Positions 22,850 through 33,649 of a DNA stretch of 64,000 nt are shown in pieces. A program made the position numbers and the translations under genes. Source of the stretch: Escherichia coli (GTDB lineage: Bacteria > Pseudomonadota > Gammaproteobacteria > Enterobacterales > Enterobacteriaceae); NCBI RefSeq assembly GCF_003334305.1, contig NZ_QOWS01000019.1; one strand, written 5' to 3'. The notes under the pieces are model-generated. The model was given only the letters and a program-made list of their open reading frames with translations, was not told the origin of the DNA and did not search any database. Every line of letters begins with the position of its first letter. The first letter of the stretch is position 1.

Positions 22850-23170
22850 ATGAATAACGTCATCTTTGATTGGTATTTATCTAGGCAAAAATTCATTCAA
22901 CGTCCACTGCCAAGATGCAACAGGCAGAGTCCTTAACTGTCAGAATCCAAGTGCTCGAAATTATTCGAATTCCTTACTAATTCCTCCTACACAACTATTG
23001 TTATGGAAGCTTGCGAAGATGCTCACTATATGGCACGGAAATTTTCGGAAATGCGTCATAAAACAAAGCTAATACCTCCTCATTTTGTCCAACCCTTCGT
23101 TAAAATTAATAAAAATGATTTCTTTGAGGCTGAAACCATATGTGAAGTTACATCAAGCCATCAATGAGAT
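22850..23170 (+). pseudogene. IS110-family transposase N-terminal remnant (frameshifted), truncated by IS2
   Basis: Begins MNNVIF... and continues in shifted frames as ...IGIYLGKNSFNVHCQDATGRVL...; classic IS110 N-terminus pattern. Confidence 0.5.
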
Positions 23171-23337
23171 TTGTAGCATTAGGAGCTGAATCCCAGCAGA
23201 GGATTCCACTTTTCATCCGTCGTTGACAATGGCCTTGAAAAACGCCGTTACTCACCGTTCTCCTTCACGGTAATACGCAGTTATAGTTGCAGAGCAATGT
23301 AATGGATCTTTTATATTAAGAAATTGTGGATTTGCCC

Positions 23338-24243
23338 CTATATTTCCAGACATCTGTTATCACTTAACCCATTACAAGCCCGCTGCCGCAGATATTCCCG
23401 TGGCGAGCGATAACCCAGCGCACTATGCGGATGCCATTCGTTATAATGCTCGAACGCCTCTGCAAGGTTCTTTGCTGCCGTTAACCCGTCTGGTTTGGGC
23501 ATGATACTGATGTAGTCACGCTTTATCGTTTTCACGAAGCTCTCTGCTATGCCGTTACTCTCCGGACTCCGCATCGCCGTGTTCTTCGGTTCAAGCCCCA
23601 ACATCCGGGCAAACTGCCGTGTTTCATTAGCCCGGTAGCATGAACCATTATCCGTCAGCCACTCTACTGGAGACGCCGGAAGCTCGTTGCCGAAGCGGCG
23701 TTCCACCGCTCCCAGCATGACGTCCTGTACTGTTTCACTGTTGAAGCCGCCCGTAGTAACCGCCCAGTGCAGTGCCTCACGGTCACAGCAGTCCAGCGCG
23801 AACGTGACTCGCAGTTTTTCTCCGTTATCACAGCGGAACTCGAACCCGTCAGAGCACCATCGCTGATTACTTTCTTTCACAGCCACTCTGCCTGTATGTG
23901 CCCGTTTCGATGGCGGTACAGCAGGTTTTCGCTCAAGCAACAGCGCATTCTGGCGCATGATCCGGTAAACACGTTTGGCATTGATCGCAGGCATACCATC
24001 AAGTTCTGCCTGTCTGCGAAGCAGCGCCCATACCCGACGATAACCATACGTGGGCAGCTCTCCGATAACATGGTGTATACGGAGAAGCACATCCGTATCA
24101 TCAGTGTGACGACTGCGGCGGCCATCCATCCAGTCATCGGTTCGTCTGAGAATGACGTGCAACTGCGCACGCGACACCCGGAGACAACGGCTGACTAAGC
24201 TTACTCCCCATCCCCGGGCAATAAGGGCGCGTGCGCTATCCAC
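23338..24243 (-). CDS. insD: IS2 transposase OrfB (InsD)
   Basis: 301-aa ORF recognised as IS2 OrfB. Confidence 0.85.
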   Translation of the reverse strand: MDSARALIARGWGVSLVSRCLRVSRAQLHVILRRTDDWMDGRRSRHTDDTDVLLRIHHVIGELPTYGYRRVWALLRRQAELDGMPAINAKRVYRIMRQNALLLERKPAVPPSKRAHTGRVAVKESNQRWCSDGFEFRCDNGEKLRVTFALDCCDREALHWAVTTGGFNSETVQDVMLGAVERRFGNELPASPVEWLTDNGSCYRANETRQFARMLGLEPKNTAMRSPESNGIAESFVKTIKRDYISIMPKPDGLTAAKNLAEAFEHYNEWHPHSALGYRSPREYLRQRACNGLSDNRCLEI

Positions 24244-24566
24244 TTTTTTGCCCGTCCATATTCAACGGCTTCTTTGAGGAGTTCATTTTCCATCGTTTTC
24301 TTGCCGAGCAGGCGCTGGAGTTCTTTAATCTGCTTCATGGCGGCAGCAAGTTCAGAGGCAGGAACAACCTGTTCTCCGGCGGCGACAGCAGTAAGACTTC
24401 CTTCCTGGTATTGCTTACACCAGAGAAATAACTGGCTGGCTGCTACACCATGTTGCCGGGCAACGAGGGAGACCGTCATCCCCGGTTCAAAGCTCTGCTG
24501 AACAATTGCGATCTTTTCCTGTGTGGTACGCCGTCTGCGTTTCTCCGGCCCTAAGACATCAATCAT
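24201..24566 (-). CDS. insC: IS2 transposase OrfA (InsC)
   Basis: ORF containing [47 protein letters not shown]...; start set at MIDVL. Confidence 0.8.
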   Translation of the reverse strand: MIDVLGPEKRRRRTTQEKIAIVQQSFEPGMTVSLVARQHGVAASQLFLWCKQYQEGSLTAVAAGEQVVPASELAAAMKQIKELQRLLGKKTMENELLKEAVEYGRAKKWIAHAPLLPGDGE

Positions 24567-25177
24567 CTGTTCTCCAATGACTAGTCTAAAAACTAGTATT
24601 AAGACTATCACTTATTTAAGTGATACTGGTTGTCTGGAGATTCAGGGGGCCAGTCTAAGGTGCACGAATCCTAGAGGCAGAATGTTTCTCCACATGCTTG
24701 TGGAGAAACCGCCGCATTTTGCCCGTTCTGTACGATACACCGTAGCCAGAGATAAGATATTCTGTTGCTGTATGCTACATACATTACACTATACGAAATC
24801 AGGTCTGTTCAATCAGTAAGGAAATAAACGGACAAACGTTATGTAACCCAGACAGAGATATATTGTCTGGGAAAATAGTGGCTTTTGTGGCGAAAACTAG
24901 TAAAACAGCAACCCGAACCACTTGATGTGCATCGTTTTTGATTATTCCCGTATACTCTTGCAGAAGGAGTTCTCCGTCGGGCTACTGTCATGGTTAATGC
25001 GGGGAATATGGCGACAATACAACACACCTAAAAGAGTAATGGACAGATGAAGCGGTTTATTCATTTCCCATGATTCTGAGTACCTACCAAGTCTGAGTAA
25101 CCACTTTTATACTTTTAATTTTCGTTCATTTAGCTATCGTTTAATTATTATCACATAGGATTCTGCCGTTTTTAACA

Positions 25178-25486
25178 ATGCAGGATAATAAGATGAAAAA
25201 AATGTTATTTTCTGCCGCTCTGGCAATGCTTATTACAGGATGTGCTCAACAAACGTTTACTGTTGGAAACAAACCGACAGCAGTAACACCAAAGGAAACC
25301 ATCACTCATCATTTCTTCGTTTCGGGAATTGGACAAGAGAAAACTGTTGATGCAGCCAAAATTTGTGGCGGTGCAGAAAATGTTGTTAAAACAGAAACTC
25401 AGCAAACATTCGTAAATGGATTGCTCGGTTTTATCACTTTTGGCATCTATACTCCGCTGGAAGCCCGGGTATATTGCTCACAATAG
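25178..25486 (+). CDS. iss: Iss (increased serum survival) lipoprotein, Bor family
   Basis: 102-aa ORF with lipoprotein signal (LITGCAQ), recognised as Iss/Bor. Confidence 0.9.
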   Translation: MQDNKMKKMLFSAALAMLITGCAQQTFTVGNKPTAVTPKETITHHFFVSGIGQEKTVDAAKICGGAENVVKTETQQTFVNGLLGFITFGIYTPLEARVYCSQ

Positions 25487-25523
25487 TTGCCCATCGATAT
25501 GGGGAGCTCATCTGCACTGTTCA

Positions 25524-25782
25524 TTAATATACTTCTGGGCTCCCTACAGTTGTTTTTGCATAGTGATAAGCCTCTCTCTGAGGGAGGAAATAATCCTGTT
25601 CAGCGATGTCTGCCAGTCGGGGGGGCTGCATTATCCACGCCCGAGGCGGTGGTGGCTTCACGCGGGGATGGGCAGATTGATCTGATATGCAACCGACGAC
25701 GACCAGCGGCAACATCATCACGCAGAGCTTCATTTTCAGATTTGGGCCACCTTTTGATTTCTCGTTTAACTTTTGCAGTCAC
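25524..25782 (-). pseudogene. Lambdoid phage spanin remnants (Rz1-like lipoprotein and Rz C-terminal fragment)
   Basis: MKLCVMMLPLVVVGCISDQ...KPPPPRAWIMQPP is Rz1-like; the overlapping frame gives ...DDVAAGRRRLHIRSICPSPREATTASGVDNAA, Rz-like. Convergent with iss as in phage lambda. Confidence 0.6.
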
Positions 25783-26345
25783 CAGACTGTGATTTATTTT
25801 AACAAATCAATAGCTTTCATAAAATTCTCGAAGCTGAAAGCTTAACTGAACCAACCAGCCTGGCTGGTGTTTTCTAAAGACAAAAAGGCCATCAGCAAAA
25901 CACTGATAGTCTGAATCACCTTTATCAATCATGTATGAAGAAAATATGCGCAATTAGTTGACAGTGATTATCATTTTCATTAAAAAGAGCGCGTAGCATT
26001 CTTATTTCATGAGGAAATTTACCCGCCAACAACCTGAGTAGCGAAAGCTGTTCATCCCCAATATTTTTGCTGGCGGGTTCTTTTTTCTACTGTCCTCCTC
26101 CCCAGAGGAAGCATTCCCATTAATCATTACTGGCGAGGAGGCAAGAGAAAAAGTCGGTTCTTTGTCCCTAAATAACAGCATCATTTCAGTCCATGCAAAA
26201 TCTGATTTACCAGCTCACATAATAACCTGATGATACACAGTGTAAGTTCACAGAGATATTGCAATTGCCTCCGGATAAGTAAGGGGAGATTGCACTATGC
26301 AAATGCAGCACCTGAGGTTGGCTATCCTAAGCAGCCGATTATGCG

Positions 26346-27396
26346 TTGAGGCTTTCAGTGATGGCTGATATAGCAACAATGAGAATGAAGGCTCTGCACT
26401 TCTGGGATAAACACGGTATTTCTGCAGCTTCTGAAGCCTTTGGCGTATCCTGCCGCACGCTTTACTGGTGGCGTCAGTTACTGATCAAGGGAGGACCTGA
26501 GGGGCTAATCCCGCACAGTAAGGCACCTCTGGTGCGACGAAAAAAGCACTGGCATCCCGATGTGCTGAAAGAGATTCGACGCCTCAGGACAGAGCTGCCG
26601 AACCTCGGTAAAGAGCAGATTTTTGTTCGCCTGAAGCCCTGGTGCGCATAACGCCATCAGACCTGCCCGAGTGTTTCCACCATCGGCAGAATGATCGCCA
26701 CCGCACACGATAAAATGCGGATGATACCAGTACGTCTGAGCTCGCGGGGTAAGGCTCTGCTTGTCAAAAAGCGAACCACCACCCCCCCGCAGGCCAAAGC
26801 ACTACCGTCCGGTAAAGACAGGAGAGCTCATTGGGATGGACGCCATTGAGCTCAGAATGGGTGAAATGCGTCGCTATATCATTACCATGATCGACGAACA
26901 CAGCGATTATGTACTGGCGCTGGCTGTGCCGTCGCTCAACAGTGATATCGTCAATCACTTTTTCAGCCGTGCAGCCCGGCTGTTCCCTGTCGGTATCAGC
27001 CAGATCATCACAGATAACGGGAAAGAGTTCCTGGGAAGCTTTGACAAAACGCTGCAGGAAGCCGCCATCAAACACCTCTGGACCTATCCCTACACGCCAA
27101 AAATGAACGCTATCTGTGAACGTTTTAACCGGGCATTAAGAGAGCAATTCATTGAATTTAATGAAATTTTACTCTTTGAGGATCTGGCGTTGTTTAACCT
27201 GAAACTGGCGGAATATCTGGCGCTGTATAACAGCAAAAGACTCCACAAGGCGCTCGCACTAACGACGCCCGTGGAATATATTTTAAAAGAGAACAAAAAT
27301 TGCAATATGTGGTGGACCCATACACAGCAAACGCACAGGCCGCCCCGGTTGGGTAGATATGTGGGATGGCTGGTTCAGACTTCAGGATATGGTTGA
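26346..27396 (+). pseudogene. Transposase with helix-turn-helix and rve integrase core, split by frameshift
   Basis: 101-aa helix-turn-helix ORF followed in another frame by a 211-aa integrase-core ORF (...ITDNGKEFLGSFDKTLQEAAIKHLWTYPYTPKMNAICERFNRALREQF...). Confidence 0.6.
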
Positions 27397-28631
27397 GGCT
27401 GGTGATGAAGTCTCTTTATCAGGAGATCTGATCAAGAGACAGCCGCGCAGGGGGATTCACTATGCTGGATTCTTTTAACAAATTCTCCGCTAACCAAAAA
27501 ATAGACTTTTTGCATTCGTAAATGCGTTAAGAGATAATTTTTAAAGTTCCATCAATCTCCCGGCCAGTTCGTCTCGCGGCATTACTCACTATCCGCACAA
27601 CTTCAGTAAGATCATGACTTTTTCAATCGTTATCTGTTGACCAAGCTTTGAAACCACTAGCGTCCCGTCAACCTGACCTGGAATCGTCGAGAACCGCCCA
27701 TAGTTGTGAATTGGCTAGAGTGTGATGGAAAGCAACGCTAAACGACCTAGTCACACATTCTCTTTTCCCTAACAATGACCATTTAGTGAAATAACGTATC
27801 CAAAATGATGACGTGAAAGCCTGATACTGGCAGCGAAAAGCCGAAAAAACTCACCTGGTCAGGAGCAAAAATCGGATTATTCGCCAACAGCGTAATATCA
27901 GCAGTAGTTCTCGACACGCTTGCGCTATAGACAGAGGATGAAACGCTGCTGGTCGGAGTTCTCTATACATTTTTGGCGACGGCAGAACCGCTCACCAATG
28001 CCTTAACGTCTATCAGCCTTCCGGTGAGTTGGAACAGCATGCTCAGCGTTTGCAAGATATTCTCCACGGTCTGTAGCAGCGTAGGTTTCAATTTAAATAT
28101 CCCCAGATAGCCCTCTGGGAGCTTCCCTTTTTATTAAGTTTTAATTACCGTTGCAATAGTTAAATGATATTGGTAATTATTATCATTAGCATTTGTGTCT
28201 GTGTTGTTTCTGGTAAGGCTGAAAGGGAACAAACATCGCCTGTACAACGGCGTTTTTACTTACAGACCAGCGAAGGCGAGACTATCAGGATGATGCATCG
28301 TGTGTCTAAGAAATCACGGTTCTTTCCAGATTCGTTGTTCGGTCTAACACTGCACAAATGCGTCAGAACATCCCGGCGTAGCTGTCCGACGCCATTTGGG
28401 CTGTTCAACAGGACAATGGCGCGTAAGCGTTAATGGAAGTGGGGATACGGAGTTCCCTGTTCACCTGTGTATGTCACGGAAAAGTCTCTGACTGAGCTGT
28501 CCATAACGCTGGTGAAGCACAAATGGCGCAGCATCTGGTAAAGCAGGTTTAACGAAAAGTCGTGTCCTGCTGCTGGCATATGAGTGCGTCGACTGCCTGA
28601 TTTAGATCGTCAAGCGGAGAGGGATTTTCTC

Positions 28632-29747
28632 ATGCGTATTTTGTTTGTAGGCCCGCCTCTCTATGGGCTGTTGTATCCTGTGCTGTCTCTGGCGCAGGCA
28701 TTTCGCGTTAACGGTCATGAAGTGCTGATCGCCAGTGGAGGACAATTCGCACAAAAAGCGGCAGAGGCCGGGTTGGTGGTGTTTGACGCCGCACCCGGTC
28801 TGGATTCCGAAGCTGGTTACCGCCACCATGAGGCACAGCGGAAAAAAAGTAATATCGGAACCCAAATGGGCAACTTCTCATTCTTCAGCGAAGAAATGGC
28901 CGACCATCTGGTGGAGTTTGCCGGACACTGGCGGCCTGACCTCATCATCTACCCTCCGCTCGGAGTCATCGGGCCGCTGATTGCCGCCAAATATGATATA
29001 CCGGTCGTGATGCAAACCGTAGGCTTCGGCCATACCCCCTGGCATATCAAGGGTGTAACGCGTTCGCTCACGGACGCCTATCGTCGCCACAATGTGGGGG
29101 CCACACCACGTGATATGGCCTGGATCGACGTAACACCGCCGAGTATGAGCATTCTGGAAAACGACGGTGAACCCATTATTCCGATGCAGTACGTCCCGTA
29201 TAACGGTGGCGCGGTGTGGGAACCATGGTGGGAGAGAAGGCCCGAGCGTAAACGTCTGCTGGTGAGTCTCGGCACTGTCAAACCGATGGTTGACGGCCTT
29301 GATCTAATCGCCTGGGTTATGGATTCTGCCAGTGAGGTCGATGCCGAGATCATCCTGCATATTTCAGCCAATGCGCGGTCCGATTTGCGCTCGCTGCCGT
29401 CAAATGTTCGCCTGGTTGACTGGATACCCATGGGTGTCTTCCTCAACGGCGCAGATGGTTTCATTCATCATGGCGGAGCAGGCAATACCCTGACAGCGCT
29501 ACACGCTGGTATTCCACAAATCGTCTTCGGCCAGGGAGCCGATCGCCCGGTAAATGCCCGCGTTGTTGCCGAACGCGGCTGCGGGATTATCCCTGGCGAC
29601 GTCGGCCTGTCGAGTAACATGATCAATGCTTTCCTCAACAATCGCTCACTTCGCAAAGCCTCTGAAGAGGTAGCAGCGGAAATGGCGGCGCAACCCTGCC
29701 CAGGTGAAGTGGCGAAAAGCCTGATCACAATGGTACAGAAAGGGTAA
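28632..29747 (+). CDS. iroB: IroB, enterobactin C-glucosyltransferase (salmochelin synthesis)
   Basis: Glycosyltransferase-family ORF; start set at MRILFVGPPL, preceded by a GGAGAGGG ribosome-binding site (371 aa). Confidence 0.9.
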   Translation: MRILFVGPPLYGLLYPVLSLAQAFRVNGHEVLIASGGQFAQKAAEAGLVVFDAAPGLDSEAGYRHHEAQRKKSNIGTQMGNFSFFSEEMADHLVEFAGHWRPDLIIYPPLGVIGPLIAAKYDIPVVMQTVGFGHTPWHIKGVTRSLTDAYRRHNVGATPRDMAWIDVTPPSMSILENDGEPIIPMQYVPYNGGAVWEPWWERRPERKRLLVSLGTVKPMVDGLDLIAWVMDSASEVDAEIILHISANARSDLRSLPSNVRLVDWIPMGVFLNGADGFIHHGGAGNTLTALHAGIPQIVFGQGADRPVNARVVAERGCGIIPGDVGLSSNMINAFLNNRSLRKASEEVAAEMAAQPCPGEVAKSLITMVQKG

Positions 29748-29886
29748 CCACTACACCTTCATGATAATCATATGCCAGCACCCATCCAGGAGTCATGCAT
29801 CCATAACAATGCGGGACCGGAGCGTGCTGGCTTTTTTGCGGAACGATCCGGCCAGTGGATCGTATTTTACAGACGGAGGAGGCTTA

Positions 29887-32800
29887 ATGCCTGCGAATCA
29901 CACTCCCACACCGGCTCAGTCATGGATAGTTCGCCTAGCGCGCGTGTGCTGGGAACGTAAGAAACTTAGTGTCATCGTGGTGGTAGCGTCAGTATCGACT
30001 ATTTTGCTGGCTGCGCTGACGCCACTGCTGACAAGACAGGCTGTGAATGACGCACTGGCGGGCAATCCGGCCCGCCTGCCGTGGCTGGCCTGCGGGTTAC
30101 TGTTGATCGCTTTTTTTGATTTCATCGGTAACTATGTGCGCCGTGGTTATGCCGGGATGCTCTCACTCTGGGTGCAGCATACCCTCAGAGGACGGGTATT
30201 CGACAGTATTCAGAAACTTGACGGCGCAGGCCAGGATGCGCTGCGCACCGGGCAGGTGATTTCACGGACCAACAGCGATCTGCAGCAGGTGCATACCCTG
30301 CTGCAGATGTGCCCGGTGCCGCTGGCAGTGTTCACTTATTACATTGCCGGCATTGCCGTGATGCTGTGGATGTCCCCTGCCATGACGCTTATCGTCGTGT
30401 GCGTACTGGTATGCCTGGCGATCACCGCGCTTCGTGCGCGTCGTAGGGTCTTCGCGCAAACCGGGCTGGCCTCGGACCAACTGGCGAATCTCACCGAACA
30501 TATACGCGAGGTGCTGGCACAGATCTCAGTGGTAAAATCCTGTGTGGCAGAGATGCGTGAAACGCACTGGCTCGATAGGCAGTCGCGGCAGATTGTGCGT
30601 GTACGCATCGGTGCGGTTATCTCGCAGGCGATGCCTGGGGCCACCATGCTGGCGCTACCGGTGCTCGGGCAAATCGTCCTGCTGTGCTACGGCGGGTGGT
30701 CGGTCATGCACGGGCGGATCGATCTCGGTACCTTCGTTGCATTCGCCAGCTTCCTCGCGATGCTGACCGGGCCAACCCGCGTACTGGCATCGTTTCTGGT
30801 TATCGCACAGCGCACTCAGGCGTCCGTGGAGCGGGTGTTTGCACTGATCGACACCCGTTCACAGATGGAGGACGGGACGGAGTCGATTAACAGTCAGGTT
30901 GTCGGACTGGAACTGGAGAATATGAGCTTTGACTACCACCATGGCGACAGACATATCCTCAGCAATATCTCCTTTTCCCTGCGCGCCGGTGAAACCGTGG
31001 CGGTGGTGGGCGCATCGGGTTCAGGAAAATCGACCCTGTTGATGCTACTGGCGCGTTTTTATGATCCCTGCTCCGGAAAGATATGGCTCAACACCAGCGA
31101 AGGCCGACAAAATCTTCGCGATATCAGACTGGAGGCGCTTCGTCGCCGGGTAGGCATCGTATTTGAAGATGCTTTTCTGTTTGCCGGTACGGTGGCGGAA
31201 AATATCGCCTATGGCCACCCTCAGGCAACGGCGGACGACATTCGCCGTGCGGCAGCTGCTGCAGGAGCCAGCGATTTTATTAACGCCCTGCCGAAAGGCT
31301 TCGATAGCCTGTTAACCGAACGGGGTACGAATCTTTCCGGCGGGCAGAGGCAGCGAATAGCGCTGGCGCGGGCGCTCATTACTGCACCGGACGTGTTAAT
31401 CCTGGATGATACTACCTCAGCGGTTGATGCTGTTACGGAAGCGGAGATTAATACCGCGCTGGGTCGCTATGCTGACGAAGGGCATATGCTGCTGGTGATT
31501 GCCCGACGGCGTTCAACACTTCAGCTAGCCAGCCGGGTTGTGGTGCTGGATAAGGGCCGTATGGTGGATACCGGAACCCCGGCAGAACTTGAAGCGCGCT
31601 GTCCGGCGTTCCGCGCACTGATGACCGGCGACAGCGATTTTCTGGCCACGTCCCACAATAGCCACAACGAATTGTGGCCGGCTGAACCAGCGACACAAGA
31701 CGATGTAACGGATACGGGGGATAAAGGTTTTGTCGCCCGTATGACCCGCGTACCGGAAAATGCAGTACAGCAGGCGCTGGCCGGTAAAGGTCGCAAAGTC
31801 ACGTCACTACTGAAGCCTGTGGCGTGGATGTTCGTCATCGCCGCTCTGCTGATCGCACTCGATTCTGCGGCAGGCGTAGGGGTACTGATACTGTTGCAGC
31901 ACGGCATTGACTCCGGTGTCGCCGCAGGCGATATGTCGATCATCGGCCTCTGTGCCCTGCTCGCCCTGTGCCTGGTCATTGTGGGCTGGTGCAGTTATTC
32001 TCTGCAGACGGTCTTCGCCGCCAGAGCGGCGGAATCAGTTCAGCATTCGGTGCGCTTGCGCAGCTTCGGCCATATGCTGCGTCTTGGACTCCCCTGGCAT
32101 GAAAAGCATGCCGATTCGCGTCTTACCCGCATGACCGTTGATGTGGACTCTCTCGCCCGCTTTCTGCAAAACGGCCTTGCCGGTGCGGCCACCAGTCTGG
32201 TGACGATGTTCGCAATCGCCGCCACCATGTTCTGGCTCGACCCGTTCCTGGCGCTGACGGCATTAAGCGCAGTGCCAGTGGCCGCACTGGCAACCATGAT
32301 TTATCGCCGCCTCAGTACCCCTGCTTATGCACAGGCACGGCTGGAAATAGGCAAAGTCAACAGCACCCTGCAGGAAAAAGTCTCTGGCCTGCGTGTCGTG
32401 CAATCGCATGGTCAGCAGGAACTGGAGGGCGCCCGGCTGCGCGCGTTATCGGAGCGTTTCCGCGCAACCCGTGTGCGAGCACAAAAATACCTTGCAGTCT
32501 ATTTTCCGTTCCTGACATTCTGCACCGAGGCCTCCTATGCCGCTGTTCTGTTAGTGGGAGCTTCGCAGGTCGCCGCTGGAGAAATGACTGCCGGGGTACT
32601 GGCGGCTTTCTTCCTGTTGCTGGGGCAATTCTATGGGCCAGTGCAGCAGTTATCAGGGATTGTCGACGCCTGGCAGCAGGCGACAGCCAGCGGCAAACAT
32701 ATTGATGAACTACTGGCGACAGAAGGCACTGAGAACCTCGGGTCCTCTTCGGTCCTCCCTGTCACCGGTGCACTGCATCTTGATGAGGTCACGTTCAGTT

Positions 32801-33546
32801 ATCCCGACAGTCACGAGCCAGCTCTGAACAAACTTACCCTGACGATCCCAGAGGGAATGGTTGTCGCGGTCGTCGGTCGCAGCGGTGCGGGTAAGTCGAC
32901 GCTGATTAAGCTGATTGCCGGGTTGTATTTCCCCACGCACGGCAACATCAGAATCGGTGTGCAAATGCTCGATGATGCCTCGCTCACTGAGTATCGTCGC
33001 CAGATTGGGCTTGTCGATCAGGATGTAGCACTGTTTAGTAGTGATATTGCAGAAAACATTCGTTATTCACGGCCATCCGCCACCAATGAAGACGTTGAAA
33101 TTGCCTCACAGCGGGCAGGGCTGTATGAGATGGTGTGCAATCTGCCGCAGGGATTCCGGACACCGGTGAATAACGGCGGAGCCGATCTGCCCGCAGGTCA
33201 GCGCCAGTTGATTGCGCTGGCCCGCGCGCAACTGGCGAATGCCCACATCCTGCTGCTCGACGAAGCCACGTCATGTCTGGATCGCACATCCGAAGAACGA
33301 CTGATGTCATCGTTAACAGATGTCGTGCATGCCGGGAAGCACTCGGCGCTGATTGTTGCACATCGTCTGACCACCGCGCAACGCTGCGATCTGATTGCCG
33401 TTATTGATAAGGGGTTACTTGCGGAATACGGAACCCACGAACAGCTGTTATCTGCGGGCGGCCTCTATACCCGCTTATGGCATGACAGCGTCAGCAGTAC
33501 TGCTCTCCATCGCCAGCACAACATGAAGGAGGAAACCCCGGGATAG
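29887..33546 (+). CDS. iroC: IroC, fused double ABC exporter for salmochelin/enterobactin
   Basis: Two transmembrane plus ATPase halves (Walker A GASGSGKSTLL and GRSGAGKSTLI; LSGGQRQR signature). Start set at MPANHT behind GGAGGAGG; the ORF is open from 29761. Confidence 0.85.
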   Translation: MPANHTPTPAQSWIVRLARVCWERKKLSVIVVVASVSTILLAALTPLLTRQAVNDALAGNPARLPWLACGLLLIAFFDFIGNYVRRGYAGMLSLWVQHTLRGRVFDSIQKLDGAGQDALRTGQVISRTNSDLQQVHTLLQMCPVPLAVFTYYIAGIAVMLWMSPAMTLIVVCVLVCLAITALRARRRVFAQTGLASDQLANLTEHIREVLAQISVVKSCVAEMRETHWLDRQSRQIVRVRIGAVISQAMPGATMLALPVLGQIVLLCYGGWSVMHGRIDLGTFVAFASFLAMLTGPTRVLASFLVIAQRTQASVERVFALIDTRSQMEDGTESINSQVVGLELENMSFDYHHGDRHILSNISFSLRAGETVAVVGASGSGKSTLLMLLARFYDPCSGKIWLNTSEGRQNLRDIRLEALRRRVGIVFEDAFLFAGTVAENIAYGHPQATADDIRRAAAAAGASDFINALPKGFDSLLTERGTNLSGGQRQRIALARALITAPDVLILDDTTSAVDAVTEAEINTALGRYADEGHMLLVIARRRSTLQLASRVVVLDKGRMVDTGTPAELEARCPAFRALMTGDSDFLATSHNSHNELWPAEPATQDDVTDTGDKGFVARMTRVPENAVQQALAGKGRKVTSLLKPVAWMFVIAALLIALDSAAGVGVLILLQHGIDSGVAAGDMSIIGLCALLALCLVIVGWCSYSLQTVFAARAAESVQHSVRLRSFGHMLRLGLPWHEKHADSRLTRMTVDVDSLARFLQNGLAGAATSLVTMFAIAATMFWLDPFLALTALSAVPVAALATMIYRRLSTPAYAQARLEIGKVNSTLQEKVSGLRVVQSHGQQELEGARLRALSERFRATRVRAQKYLAVYFPFLTFCTEASYAAVLLVGASQVAAGEMTAGVLAAFFLLLGQFYGPVQQLSGIVDAWQQATASGKHIDELLATEGTENLGSSSVLPVTGALHLDEVTFSYPDSHEPALNKLTLTIPEGMVVAVVGRSGAGKSTLIKLIAGLYFPTHGNIRIGVQMLDDASLTEYRRQIGLVDQDVALFSSDIAENIRYSRPSATNEDVEIASQRAGLYEMVCNLPQGFRTPVNNGGADLPAGQRQLIALARAQLANAHILLLDEATSCLDRTSEERLMSSLTDVVHAGKHSALIVAHRLTTAQRCDLIAVIDKGLLAEYGTHEQLLSAGGLYTRLWHDSVSSTALHRQHNMKEETPG

Positions 33547-33649
33547 TTACTGGACACGTAATGTATTAAAAACACAGTCAGAAGCGGCGGTACCGTGAAT
33601 AGCCGCTTTAATTATTTATACTGACATCCTTAATTTTTAAAGAGTATGA

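Larger units (their letters stand above)
23327..24657 (-). mobile_element. IS2 (1331 bp), apparently intact, without flanking target duplication
   Basis: Ends TGGATTTGCCCCTATATTTCCAGACA (23327) and TTCAGGGGGCCAGTCTA (24657) match the IS2 inverted repeats; flanking 5-mers are AATTG and AGGTG. Confidence 0.85.

Noticed and set aside
28164-28433. 89-aa ORF upstream of iroB
   Set aside because: Overlaps the AT-rich putative Fur-regulated leader; no ribosome-binding site or homology; likely spurious.
29772-33361. Multiple antisense and alternative-frame ORFs within iroC and iroD
   Set aside because: Same reasoning: GC-rich coding DNA yields open frames on the opposite strand; no motifs or ribosome-binding sites seen.
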